This document shows, piece after piece, positions 45,455 to 55,364 of a stretch of 64,000 nt of DNA. Every line of letters starts with the position of its first letter. The first letter of the stretch is position 1. The position numbers and the translations under genes are program-made. The stretch is from a virus: positions 1 to 64,000 of IMG/VR virus record IMGVR_UViG_3300031669_000002, one strand, 5' to 3'. The notes beneath the pieces are model-generated. The model made no database searches and was not told where the DNA came from. It worked only from the letters and a program-made list of their open reading frames with translations.

Positions 45455-45648
45455 GAGACTTTGAGGGCAACCGCGTAGCACAGGAATATATAACAGCCCC
45501 GTGCGGTAACACGGCTGAGTTCGACGAAGGTTCTGGCTATGCGTATCGGTGCATGAGTTGCGGGGCAGTTGTTGGTAGTATTGGAATGCCAGAAGAGTGT
45601 GCTGACATCGTTAAGCGCAACGAAATGTGGAAGATTCTCAAATCATGA
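45451..45648 (+). CDS. Small Zn-ribbon protein
   Basis: PCG..CMSCG..P.EC. Confidence 0.6.
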   Translation: MRDFEGNRVAQEYITAPCGNTAEFDEGSGYAYRCMSCGAVVGSIGMPEECADIVKRNEMWKILKS

Positions 45649-45863
45649 AACAACCAAAGAAAATCATCTCAGAAGAAATGCTCTCCAATATGGAGATGCT
45701 TGCTGTCACGAATCCAGTTATGCGGGATATGCTCGAGCAGGCGAAGGTTATCTATACTCTAAATGGTTCGCCGAAATTCTATGATGGAGATGATGACGAT
45801 GACGGCGAAAGAATTGTTGAAGCTATGTATCGCGAAATTCTTGAAGAAGCTAATGGCTCTTAA
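45645..45863 (+). CDS. Hypothetical protein
   Basis: ATGA overlap. Confidence 0.55.
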   Translation: MKQPKKIISEEMLSNMEMLAVTNPVMRDMLEQAKVIYTLNGSPKFYDGDDDDDGERIVEAMYREILEEANGS

Positions 45864-46119
45864 AAACTACGATCCTAATCCATTAGAGATTTTCAATATG
45901 CGACGGATGGATTTCTGTCCAAAGCATTTTCAAAGCATTACATTTACTCTTCAGTGTGACGAACGTAATATATTAGACTGGATGTATGAGAATACAGAAG
46001 GTCGCTTCTTTCTTGGACGCGATTCAGACGGCAGCACAGTTCTCGCGTTCGAAACTCACAACGAATGCACCTACTTTGCACTCTTTCTCGATCAAATAAA
46101 TAAACCTCCCTATATCTAG
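45853..46119 (+). CDS. Hypothetical protein
   Basis: ORF; ATG at 45853. Confidence 0.65.
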   Translation: MALKNYDPNPLEIFNMRRMDFCPKHFQSITFTLQCDERNILDWMYENTEGRFFLGRDSDGSTVLAFETHNECTYFALFLDQINKPPYI

Positions 46120-46189
46120 TTAAGAAAATTTTCAGCTGGTCCGTAATTGTGTTAAATAGTTATATGCACATTTTACTACGGAGAAAAAC

Positions 46190-46495
46190 ATGGCTGAAAC
46201 AATTTCAACAACTACAGAAGTAGAAACACCAGAAATAACAACAACAGAAGCAGCAGAGCAAACAACCACTGCTGATTCAACAGAAACCGGTTTAACTATT
46301 CAAGATCTTACTCTTACATTGCAAGTCGTCAACTTGGCAGCAAGTCGCGGCGCATTTAAGGGCGAAGAAATGACCGCAGTCGGCGGACTTCATGATCGTA
46401 TTTTTAAGTTCTTGGAATCTGTTGGCGCCATTACACGAACACCGCCAGAGAACACAGCAGACTCAAAGCCAGAAGTTACGGACGCCGTAGCATAA
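46190..46495 (+). CDS. Hypothetical protein (Thr/Glu-rich N-terminus)
   Basis: TAAATA late-type motif and GGAG RBS in a hairpin at 46141-46181. Confidence 0.7.
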   Translation: MAETISTTTEVETPEITTTEAAEQTTTADSTETGLTIQDLTLTLQVVNLAASRGAFKGEEMTAVGGLHDRIFKFLESVGAITRTPPENTADSKPEVTDAVA

Positions 46496-46508
46496 AAGGA
46501 GAACTTAG

Positions 46509-47201
46509 ATGATTAAACACATTGGAAAACACAACGACAAAAAAGTAGTATTGCTTTACAGAAAAGTTCCGGGAGAGGATCACATGTGTTTGCTCGTCTA
46601 CAGTGATTTGCTGCCAAGACTCGTTCACGATGAGATCATGAAATCTCTTGAGAGTGCTCCAGGACAACAAGCAGATAACTTTGCAGAAGCACTTTTCAGA
46701 GTATCAATGGCTGATGGACGAAATGCTCTTGAAGTTCTTCACCGTGAAGGAATGATGAAGAAGGTTCCTACATCACAGGTTATTATGGCTCCAACGGCTA
46801 ATGCTAAAATTCGTTTAGATGAGCTAAATGACTTGCTTGCTGAAATGGCAACAGGTGAAGAAGCAGTTAAGCGTATGGCAGAGTTAGATAAGGCAGCTGG
46901 TCTTCAAACTAAGAAACCAAAAGAAACACGAAATGTTGGCGAACCAGTTAAGCCTCAGATGCCAGAAGTTCCTAAACTACAGGCCGGACCAAATGATGCG
47001 CTGTCAGATGAAGCAATTGCAGCATCTCAGTTGGCTCAAGCAACAAGAATGAGAGTTGAGGCTAAGTCTATGTTAGCAGAGGCAGAGCGCCTTGAAGGCG
47101 AAGCAAAGAAAATTTCTCCTACGGCAGTTACAGCACCAGTTAAACGAGGACCAGGTCGTCCTCCTAAGGCTAAGAATGACGTTGCCCAAAAAACCTCGTA
47201 A
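46509..47201 (+). CDS. Hypothetical protein
   Basis: AAGGAG RBS; 230 aa; C-terminal AT-hook-like KRGPGRPPK. Confidence 0.75.
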   Translation: MIKHIGKHNDKKVVLLYRKVPGEDHMCLLVYSDLLPRLVHDEIMKSLESAPGQQADNFAEALFRVSMADGRNALEVLHREGMMKKVPTSQVIMAPTANAKIRLDELNDLLAEMATGEEAVKRMAELDKAAGLQTKKPKETRNVGEPVKPQMPEVPKLQAGPNDALSDEAIAASQLAQATRMRVEAKSMLAEAERLEGEAKKISPTAVTAPVKRGPGRPPKAKNDVAQKTS

Positions 47202-47514
47202 GAGTAAAAGCAAAAAAATCAATGTGAATGCAAGGCAAAAATGGGAACAAATACTAAAGTCGGTAACTAAAGAAGAAGTTCCGGTTGAGCTGTTAGAGTC
47301 ACTTACTGTGAATCTAATAGATGGCACAAATGTTCAGGTTGACATAAAAGATTTGCTTGACAGTGGCAGAGATCCTCGAGATATTGAAGATCATATTAAT
47401 CAGCGTCTAACTGAGTTAAATGATATGATCGTCGATGTCGACTTCTTTATTTCTATTGACAAGGTATCAGAGGTTGTTCTTCCAATGACAAACAAAATAT
47501 TGAAAAATATTTAA
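47176..47514 (+). CDS. Hypothetical protein
   Basis: ORF. Confidence 0.6.
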   Translation: MTLPKKPRKSKSKKINVNARQKWEQILKSVTKEEVPVELLESLTVNLIDGTNVQVDIKDLLDSGRDPRDIEDHINQRLTELNDMIVDVDFFISIDKVSEVVLPMTNKILKNI

Positions 47515-47518
47515 TCGT

Positions 47519-47788
47519 GTGATGTCGAGAATTATTTTAGCTACCATTGAGATAGACTCGACATCAAGCAACGATATCTATTCCGGAGAACTTACCCAAG
47601 CATCTATCTTGCAGGAATACAGTATTCTCTCTTCTGATATAACATCTAAGAAAAAGAAATGGTTAGCTGAGAATAATATATCAGTTAAAACAATAGAGCA
47701 AATTAACTATTCTATATTCAAGAAAACCATTAAGTTTTATGTTGAGCTTGACGAACTTCAAGCAACAGATTACTATTTGCGTTTCTAA
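47519..47788 (+). CDS. Hypothetical protein
   Basis: ORF. Confidence 0.5.
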   Translation: MMSRIILATIEIDSTSSNDIYSGELTQASILQEYSILSSDITSKKKKWLAENNISVKTIEQINYSIFKKTIKFYVELDELQATDYYLRF

Positions 47789-47826
47789 ATCTCCCCAAAC
47801 ACTAATTTTCATCACATAAACTACGC

Positions 47827-47851
47827 ATAAATACTCCTTTAGGGAGTATTT
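47827..47851 (+). promoter_or_regulatory. Late promoter overlapping an RBS-sequestering hairpin
   Basis: ATAAATA (47827-33); AAATACTCC-TTTAG-GGAGTATTT stem hides the GGAG RBS. Confidence 0.75.
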
Positions 47852-47855
47852 TAAC

Positions 47856-48611
47856 ATGAAATTACGCACTATTTTTATCACGCTGGCCTTAGTATGCCTT
47901 TCACCTTTTGCGCTTGCCAATGGCATCGATGATAACTGCAAACAGCTTACCTATAAGACTGCACCGGTTGTTTCGTCCGATTTGTATATTTGCCACAAAG
48001 AATATGCTGTTGCGTATTCGTTCAAGGCTAAGAATCCGATTTATACAACTGAATTCTTAACAGAGAACCATATCGGCAAAGCTAAACGAACAAACGATTT
48101 TAGGGTTGATCCTGCTGTTCCAAAACAATATCAATCAAAGCCAAAAGATTACGTTAAGTCAATCTGCAACGGCGGAAGATGCGATAAGGGCCATATGACT
48201 CCAGATCAGGATTTTAGTGTCACTCACGAAACAACATCTGAGTCATTCTTTATGAGCAATATGGTTCCACAAAACTTTAAGAACAACGAAGTGATTTGGA
48301 AAGCAATGGAAGTTATGATTCGCAAATATGTTGCTACTCATCCTGAAGGTGTCTACGTGATATCTGGACCAGTGTATAAGTCTGCAACACCAGCAACTAT
48401 CGGAGCAGATAAAGTTTGGGTTCCTGATTGGTTATTTAAGGTTGTGATAGATGCTAAGACTGGAAAGTCGATTGCATTTTATATGCCAAACAAGCCAGAA
48501 TCAAATCTATCTCAGTTTGTGGTTAGCTTGGCTACCGTAGAAGCAGCAAGCGGAATTAAGTTTGATACAAGCTTAGATAAAAATACTGTTGGAACTTTTT
48601 CTGATTGGTGA
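47856..48611 (+). CDS. Secreted DNA/RNA non-specific endonuclease (Serratia NucA family)
   Basis: Signal peptide PFALA|N; DKGH motif, NMVPQ..N..IW, VISGP, VP...FKV. Confidence 0.92.
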   Translation: MKLRTIFITLALVCLSPFALANGIDDNCKQLTYKTAPVVSSDLYICHKEYAVAYSFKAKNPIYTTEFLTENHIGKAKRTNDFRVDPAVPKQYQSKPKDYVKSICNGGRCDKGHMTPDQDFSVTHETTSESFFMSNMVPQNFKNNEVIWKAMEVMIRKYVATHPEGVYVISGPVYKSATPATIGADKVWVPDWLFKVVIDAKTGKSIAFYMPNKPESNLSQFVVSLATVEAASGIKFDTSLDKNTVGTFSDW

Positions 48612-48667
48612 TTTTTAATTTCTCTGATCTTGCTAAATATATCTTTAGTGAATATAGCCGTGTTTAT

Positions 48668-49354
48668 CTATGAGATTAGAATCGAGGACGCAACCGACTC
48701 ATAGGCACTTCCAGACCAAACGAATGATGTTATTCCTGTTGCTGACGAAGAAGTAAGTGCCTTAGTAGCTACTGCTAGTGATTTATATGTGCCAGCACCT
48801 ACGCTTGATACTGTAGTATCTAACTTTAAAGTCAGTCCATTATTCACAGTGCATGTTGCTCCTGCAGTTGCTGTAAATTCATTACTCCAGCATATCAATA
48901 ATGAACTTCCTGTATACGGAGTTAATGATGGTGCATTTGCAGTTTGACTAACAGCATCTCCTCCATTGGCTACTTGTGGGATTCCGTTAGGATTCGCGCC
49001 GCGCACTAAAATCATTGTTGCCATACCGCCGGCATATGACGAATTACTTATTGCTGTAGTAAAACTAACGGTGGTAGTACCGGTCTCGCTGCCAGTCGCC
49101 ACCATTTTGTACATTGAACCAAAACGGGAGACGCCGCCAAATAATGTCCATCCGCTAGGGGGAGTCAGAGTAGTAAAGCTTGTTTGTTGTATGCTTAGGA
49201 GGATTATTAATGTATCTCCCGTCAAAATACCTGTAGGATAATTTATTGTTACGGACGTAGCATTACCAAGAAATGTAGTAGCCGTAGACGCTGATATAAA
49301 TGTTGGGGAATACTTTAAAGTTGCGGCTGTTAAAACTCCAAAAGGTATGTTCAT
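48668..49354 (-). CDS. Tail-associated beta-sandwich protein
   Basis: Thr/Ser/Gly-rich; lies in the tail module. Confidence 0.6.
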   Translation of the reverse strand: MNIPFGVLTAATLKYSPTFISASTATTFLGNATSVTINYPTGILTGDTLIILLSIQQTSFTTLTPPSGWTLFGGVSRFGSMYKMVATGSETGTTTVSFTTAISNSSYAGGMATMILVRGANPNGIPQVANGGDAVSQTANAPSLTPYTGSSLLICWSNEFTATAGATCTVNNGLTLKLDTTVSSVGAGTYKSLAVATKALTSSSATGITSFVWSGSAYESVASSILIS

Positions 49355-49356
49355 GA

Positions 49357-49824
49357 TTATGATATTAGTGAACCAAGCAATAGCCAAGTATCGGTAGCAG
49401 TTTGAATTAAACTCACTGCAACATATTGAGCACCAATTGATTTAAATCCGCCCTGAGAATTAATAGCAACACCTGCGCCTGCTGTTATAGTGACTTTTCC
49501 TGCACCATATTGAACTAAGGTAATGGTAGTTCCTACCGGAAAAGCAACACTTGAATTTGGTGGCATGGTCGCTGTGATAGTTGCTGCATTAGACAATAGA
49601 ACAAAATTACCGATCTGACCTGCATACGTTCCATCTGCCGCTGTAAAGGTATATGTGGTTCCTGTCTGTGAATTAATTCCTTGCGTAGGAAAAGAAGTAA
49701 TACCAGAGTATGGGACGCTCGATGCGGAAGCAGCAGATCCGGTAATGTTAGTGCTGAGAATGTCTCCGGTTTGCAGATTTTCAAGTTGTCCGTTGCTTAA
49801 TACTAAAGGGAGTCTATTTGCCAT
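49357..49824 (-). CDS. Tail fibre adaptor-like protein
   Basis: C-terminal domain homologous to the C-terminus of 51772-53769. Confidence 0.65.
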   Translation of the reverse strand: MANRLPLVLSNGQLENLQTGDILSTNITGSAASASSVPYSGITSFPTQGINSQTGTTYTFTAADGTYAGQIGNFVLLSNAATITATMPPNSSVAFPVGTTITLVQYGAGKVTITAGAGVAINSQGGFKSIGAQYVAVSLIQTATDTWLLLGSLIS

Positions 49825-49892
49825 AAGTTTATCTCGATTATATACTATTTATTAGATTTTTATCGAGTAAAAAAATTCTTTAAGCTATTGGG

Positions 49893-51131
49893 TTAGTTTC
49901 TTTGAGCTTGAAATATATTACCTGAAGTATCTATTGTATATACAGAATTTCCATCAGAAGACATTGCTACTCCGTAGATATTCAATGAATAACCGGTACA
50001 CGGAAGATTAGATGAGGTTATTGGTCCAGGGCCAAAACTTTGACTTGTCACTACGGTATATGTTCCTGTTCCTCCTGTACCTGTTCCAAATGCTGTTATG
50101 CGTTGGCTTGCCGCTATCCCTGAGCCTAAAAGAATCGATCCAATGTATAATGTGCCTACTATGCTGGTAACTGTTAGAGTTGTACCAGAAATTGACCCCG
50201 TAAATGAGGAAGATACTAGCGGCGTAAGAGCCCCAGTAGTTGTATTTCTGCTAAACTCTAAGAATCCCTCTGCCTCATTTTCAGCACCATACACATGTTT
50301 TCCATCTGGGGATACAACCGGAGATAAGGAAGTATATGAGTTTATATCGAGGGATGCAGGAGATAAAGCAGTTACTACTCCGGTAATTTGATTTACACTG
50401 TATTGATACGGGCCGTCAGCATAAATGTTTTTATTATCTGGAGATAATACCAAGTTATCTGCTGTCGAGTTTATATATGACGACTGTGTTAATAAATTAG
50501 TTGATGTATTTCTTGAATATGTATATAGCTGAGTTCCGCCGGCATATACAAAATTTCCATCAGAAGATATAGCAATTGATACAATGGACGTGCTTGTATT
50601 TAACGTCCCTAAGTATGAAATATCGCCTGTTGTAGTATTTACAGAATATTGAATAATGGTGTTGGTGTTGCCTATATATAATCCTGTGCCATCGGCTGTT
50701 ATAACCGGTTTTCCTTGTATATAGACACTACCATTCGCGTACCCAAAGAATGTTGATCCAAGTGATCCTGTGCTAGTATTCCTGGTATATTTTCCTGTTT
50801 GCTGTGTATTATTATTGCTAAAATATACATATTTTCCGTCAGGAGAAACGGTGCATGGTCCAGGCGAGCCCAGTCCTGTGCTTACGACTTCTAATAAACT
50901 AAGTTCTCCGGTTGTAGTATTTCTTGTATAAACAGCTATAGTATTGTTGTTTCCTGTAATATACATATTTTTTCCATCGGGAGATAATGCAAGATCGTTA
51001 TTTGAGGATGGCGAGGATGGAGTTCCTGTAGATCCGCCACTAGGAGCAATTCTAAAAGGCGATAAACTAGTTAATATGCCCGAGTATATCTTACCTAACG
51101 ATCTCCAAAAGTGTCCAAATACGGCTGGCAT
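49893..51131 (-). CDS. Seven-bladed beta-propeller virion protein (candidate receptor-binding protein)
   Basis: Seven S.DG..VY repeats (lactonase-like) with an inserted [23 protein letters not shown] domain. Confidence 0.75.
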   Translation of the reverse strand: MPAVFGHFWRSLGKIYSGILTSLSPFRIAPSGGSTGTPSSPSSNNDLALSPDGKNMYITGNNNTIAVYTRNTTTGELSLLEVVSTGLGSPGPCTVSPDGKYVYFSNNNTQQTGKYTRNTSTGSLGSTFFGYANGSVYIQGKPVITADGTGLYIGNTNTIIQYSVNTTTGDISYLGTLNTSTSIVSIAISSDGNFVYAGGTQLYTYSRNTSTNLLTQSSYINSTADNLVLSPDNKNIYADGPYQYSVNQITGVVTALSPASLDINSYTSLSPVVSPDGKHVYGAENEAEGFLEFSRNTTTGALTPLVSSSFTGSISGTTLTVTSIVGTLYIGSILLGSGIAASQRITAFGTGTGGTGTYTVVTSQSFGPGPITSSNLPCTGYSLNIYGVAMSSDGNSVYTIDTSGNIFQAQRN

Positions 51132-51132
51132 A

Positions 51133-51606
51133 CTATACTATCCCCATTAGTGTAAACCCAACATTTGCTAATGTAGAGTCGGCAGGTGATGGAGCTTCTA
51201 CAGATAAAATATCTCCTATCAAAAAAGAAGTAGCAGTTGATGAAAAGGTAGCTGATGTTGACGCCGATGGGAATAACATTGAACCGAAAGAAGATCCGTT
51301 TTTATTAAGATAGAAAACTGCCGTTGATGTGGGCGCGGTTATTGCCACACAATAGCTACCTGATACATTGGCAGCTAATGAAAAAGGTCTAACTGCAACA
51401 AAATTAAGTATTTTTTCTCCAGAAGTTAATAAGCTACTGGCTCCACCTACTATGTCATATGGTATTGTTACCCACGTATTTGCCCCAGTTAAAAATGTTG
51501 AGCTTGTGGGTGATCCAGACCCCAGTGATGTAGGATCAATGTATTGCCCTGTTCCTGCTGGAACTATATTATTACCCACTAAGATTACTGGTTGAATGAG
51601 TGCCAT
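51133..51606 (-). CDS. Tail-associated protein
   Basis: Beta-rich; lies in the tail module. Confidence 0.6.
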   Translation of the reverse strand: MALIQPVILVGNNIVPAGTGQYIDPTSLGSGSPTSSTFLTGANTWVTIPYDIVGGASSLLTSGEKILNFVAVRPFSLAANVSGSYCVAITAPTSTAVFYLNKNGSSFGSMLFPSASTSATFSSTATSFLIGDILSVEAPSPADSTLANVGFTLMGIV

Positions 51607-51771
51607 TTTGTATTTCCGATTATACTCTATTTATGCTAGAGAGTTATTGACCAGGTTCCCACTGTAGTCCAGTGATATACATAGTCTGTTCCTACTGTTG
51701 TGATTGTTGCTGGAGTGAGCATAGCTGGATTAGATGATGCTACTATCCACACTCCGTAATTTTTAAACATA

Positions 51772-53769
51772 TTACGCTGCCAATGAACCGATTAAGTACC
51801 ACACATTAGTAGATTCTTGAATCAACGTTGCTGCTCCGTATTGTGCTGAGATTGATAAATATGACGAGACTGAGTTAACAGTAACGCCAAGTGGTGAAAT
51901 TGTTACCTTGCCAACACCTTTCTGGATAAAATCAATGCTTGCACCAACTGAGAAACCAGTTACTGAGCTAAGTGTTACTGTTACCGCAGATGCATTGTTA
52001 AATGCAGTCATTGTGTTATAATTTGCATCTGATAGGGCAAAAGTATAAGTTGTGCCTGTTTGTTCATTGAAAGTTGATATAGCTGGTGATGCCCAAGTTG
52101 GAACACCGCTTACGATCGTTAATACTTGACCAGTAGTACCAGCAGTTACTTCTGTTAACGCACTTGTTCCATTACCAAGTAATAGTGCATTTGCTGTTGT
52201 GCTTGCTTTTCCTGTACCGCCGTTTGCTACGTCAATTGTTGTGCCATTCCAAGTACCAGTAGTAATTGTGCCTACAGTAGAAATCGACGATTGACCAACA
52301 TAGATATTACTAATATCTACTACAAGGTTACCTGAAGTAATGTTGGTCGTAACTCTATTCAAAGTACCAAATATGTTAATTGATCCACCAAGAGTAAATA
52401 CGCCTGAACCTGTATCAGCATCAATTGTTCCTGAGCTGTTTACCAACATTGCATTTGTAACACCAGCAGTTGGGATATATAAACCAGTTGCATCTTGTGT
52501 TAATCCACCAGAAGCTGCTAACAATACTCCTAACTTAGCTGCTGCGTTTGCGCTTCTTGTTGAGCCATCCTCTGTTAAGAATAACGCACCTGAAGTTGTT
52601 GAATATAGATCAATACCAACGTCGCCTGATGGTACAGGAGCAACACCAGCACCGTATATTACTGAGAACTGACCGCCAACTAATTGTAAACCTGTTCCTG
52701 CTGTGTACGAACCTGCACCGCTGAACTGTGTAAAGGCAATTGGATCTGTGCCAATTTTAATTGCGTCTACTGGTGATGTACTTGTTCCTACATTAGTTTG
52801 TGTCCAACCAGTTTTAGCATAAGTTGCACCCTCTGAAACATACACAAAGTCACCAGCAGCAACTTCGCCTGCTGTGTGGTCGTTGTAATCTGTTGCACGA
52901 GTTAAGACCCAAGAAACGCCTGTTGCTGCATCAGTTGTTAATGTGTATATACCGTTTTGTGTTTGATCTGTTTGACCAGCTACTAAGACACGAGCACCAA
53001 CTGTTACTGTGTAGCTATCAACAACAAGAGCAACGTTAGCTGTTGTCGCTGTTAATGTTGCGCTAATACCTAAACCACCGCTTGCATCGATTCTTCCAGC
53101 TGTATAAGTAGCAATTAAGTTACCTGTTGATAATGCATCAACTGCTGCGTGTACATTTAGTGACGAAGCAACTGCGTCGACGTATGCCTTGTTAGCTGCA
53201 TCAGTGGAAGCAACTGGTGTTGGTACACCATTGATTGTTGCGCCGCCAGTAAATGTAACGTTACCGCTTACTGAACCACCCGTTGATGGCAAGTAATAAG
53301 AACCAAGTACGCCTGTCAGGTCGCTTTGTACTACTGCGTTTGCTTGAGTTACACGACCATAAGAATCAGTTGTGAACTTTTGGAAAGTACCGCCAGATGT
53401 TTGAGTAACAGTAGCTAAACCAATTGTTGGGTCAGATATTGTTCCTCCGATAACTGTTTGGCCAGCTACTGGTGTAATGTTACCTGTTGTAAATGTATCT
53501 GTACCTGTACGAACAACTGTACCAATTGTTGATAAGCTTGATACGCTTACTAGGTTGTTGCTTAATGTGAATCCAAATGTACCTGCACTTGTAATTGACG
53601 CTGATGTTCCGTCATTTACTGATAAGCCAGTGCCAGTTGTAGCAGTAATAGAAGTTACTGTACCGTTTGTTGCTGGTGCTGCCCATACTAGTGAACCACC
53701 GCTAACTGTTAATACTTGGCCAGCAGTACCAATAGGCGTTATGCGAGTATTTTTAAGCGATCTTCCCAT
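51772..53769 (-). CDS. Long tail fibre protein
   Basis: Thr/Gly-rich; DAANKAYVD, RVLV..QT...QNGIY, W.LTRATD, G..GQVLT..W motifs typical of tail fibres. Confidence 0.85.
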   Translation of the reverse strand: MGRSLKNTRITPIGTAGQVLTVSGGSLVWAAPATNGTVTSITATTGTGLSVNDGTSASITSAGTFGFTLSNNLVSVSSLSTIGTVVRTGTDTFTTGNITPVAGQTVIGGTISDPTIGLATVTQTSGGTFQKFTTDSYGRVTQANAVVQSDLTGVLGSYYLPSTGGSVSGNVTFTGGATINGVPTPVASTDAANKAYVDAVASSLNVHAAVDALSTGNLIATYTAGRIDASGGLGISATLTATTANVALVVDSYTVTVGARVLVAGQTDQTQNGIYTLTTDAATGVSWVLTRATDYNDHTAGEVAAGDFVYVSEGATYAKTGWTQTNVGTSTSPVDAIKIGTDPIAFTQFSGAGSYTAGTGLQLVGGQFSVIYGAGVAPVPSGDVGIDLYSTTSGALFLTEDGSTRSANAAAKLGVLLAASGGLTQDATGLYIPTAGVTNAMLVNSSGTIDADTGSGVFTLGGSINIFGTLNRVTTNITSGNLVVDISNIYVGQSSISTVGTITTGTWNGTTIDVANGGTGKASTTANALLLGNGTSALTEVTAGTTGQVLTIVSGVPTWASPAISTFNEQTGTTYTFALSDANYNTMTAFNNASAVTVTLSSVTGFSVGASIDFIQKGVGKVTISPLGVTVNSVSSYLSISAQYGAATLIQESTNVWYLIGSLAA

Positions 53770-53772
53770 TTT

Positions 53773-54093
53773 TTAAATTCCTATTGAACTTATTGTAACA
53801 ACTACGTTTCCGTCACCAGAAGCATCTGCCCATATTGCATCGCCATCTGACAAAAGTAGTCTTTCAGTAGCAACTATATATGTATCGTTTGATAAAATTG
53901 ACAAATTAGAATAAAATATGTTCAGCCAGCTAGGACCAAGACCACTCTGTTGGAGGAATGGCACTAAGTGAACATTAATTGAAAGTGTATTAGGACTCAG
54001 ATTACAAAAGTACATGGTTGTAATCGCTGAGTTTCCGGTACTCGAATAGACTTGGGAGACTGTATTGCTTAATATATTATTTGAAATCGACAT
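53773..54093 (-). CDS. Small virion structural protein
   Basis: Beta-rich; lies in the tail module. Confidence 0.6.
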   Translation of the reverse strand: MSISNNILSNTVSQVYSSTGNSAITTMYFCNLSPNTLSINVHLVPFLQQSGLGPSWLNIFYSNLSILSNDTYIVATERLLLSDGDAIWADASGDGNVVVTISSIGI

Positions 54094-54104
54094 GTTGTAT
54101 TATC

Positions 54105-54674
54105 CTAAAATATTATTGAGTAAACGAATGCTTTACTCTTTGTGATTAGTTCTTCTCCTGTTGCTACCTCGTTGGTGACATATACTCCAGAACCACCTGC
54201 GGCCGGAACATTGGCATATATTAGATTGTACCCTGGAAGATTTGTTCCTGGACCAGGAGATATCTCTAATAATTGTATTACAGAATTAATCTCTGTATTT
54301 GCTGCCGGCGTCAAAACAATGTTATTGCTTATTGATGTTATTGAAAACCCGTTTACTGTTAAGTTTCCACCTAATGTAGGGTATGGGTCATCAACCACTG
54401 CTCCAATACCTGTTCCAATGACTGTAGAAATAGGAGAATATGTAAAGCCATCATTTGATAGAGACCATTTATGTGTAGAATTATCCCATACTATGGCTCC
54501 CATTGTTATGCCAGATACTGCTGTGATACCTGTTCCTGCTCCTGCATCAAATGCAACATTCCCGTGAACGCTAAACAGGGCAGAGCTTAATGTAGGATCG
54601 CCAATCGAGACAGCCGTGTTTCCGGTGGTACCAACAATTGAGTACGAACTCGATATTCTTTTTACATTAGCCAT
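54105..54674 (-). CDS. Virion structural protein
   Basis: PTLGGNL.VNG..I motif; TATAAATA late promoter upstream. Confidence 0.65.
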   Translation of the reverse strand: MANVKRISSSYSIVGTTGNTAVSIGDPTLSSALFSVHGNVAFDAGAGTGITAVSGITMGAIVWDNSTHKWSLSNDGFTYSPISTVIGTGIGAVVDDPYPTLGGNLTVNGFSITSISNNIVLTPAANTEINSVIQLLEISPGPGTNLPGYNLIYANVPAAGGSGVYVTNEVATGEELITKSKAFVYSIIF

Positions 54675-54764
54675 AGGATATTCCTGATTATTATGTATTT
54701 ATACGAATCTTGCATTCGTAAAAAACGGCAGAGTAATCTGCCGTTTAGTAGTTCTATAGTACGA

Positions 54765-55220
54765 TTACGGTGCTTCGTTTGCGTCTGCTGGGCGTGATGC
54801 TGAAGGTAGAACAGCAAAACCATATGATGGAGCATCAAGCAACGAATCAGGTGCTTGATCGACAAAACCCCAGTAGTACTTTGTTCCTGGACGATTTGTG
54901 TCGCTGCCTGTTCCTGTTGTTCCCGTCGAAGTAAAGTCCCACACAAAACGGTTAGTGATTCTGCTTACGTTAAAATTTCCTCCGCCGTGGACAGTAGCTT
55001 GGCAAGACATTTGTCCAACTGCAAGAGTTCCTCCGTCTACAAATTCGCAGATCGCAGTGTTGCCTGCACCGTCGACCACGTGAAACTTTGTGTTGTTTTT
55101 TTGCTGAGTTAGATAGGCCGTAACTGTGCCTGCTCCGAGATTAGCCTGAACAGCAATCTGATCTCTCGACACAAGACTTCTCTCATTGCCGAATTTGTGT
55201 AAATTTAGTGGGCGTCCGAT
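54765..55220 (-). CDS. Virion structural protein, possibly with a non-canonical ATC start
   Basis: GGAGA-actaaa-ATC GGA CGC CCA gives (M)GRPLN..; the in-frame GTG at 55172 has no comparable RBS. Confidence 0.6.
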   Translation of the reverse strand: MGRPLNLHKFGNERSLVSRDQIAVQANLGAGTVTAYLTQQKNNTKFHVVDGAGNTAICEFVDGGTLAVGQMSCQATVHGGGNFNVSRITNRFVWDFTSTGTTGTGSDTNRPGTKYYWGFVDQAPDSLLDAPSYGFAVLPSASRPADANEAP

Positions 55221-55364
55221 TTTAGTTCTCCTTGAAAAATGATAGTTCTAGTATCTACGTGGAATAACCGTAAACCACATAAGTTCATTGAACACTATTA
55301 TTTATGCCGTAGATGAAAAAACCTAAAAATTATTGATTAAATGGCACAATGTATAAATAACTAT

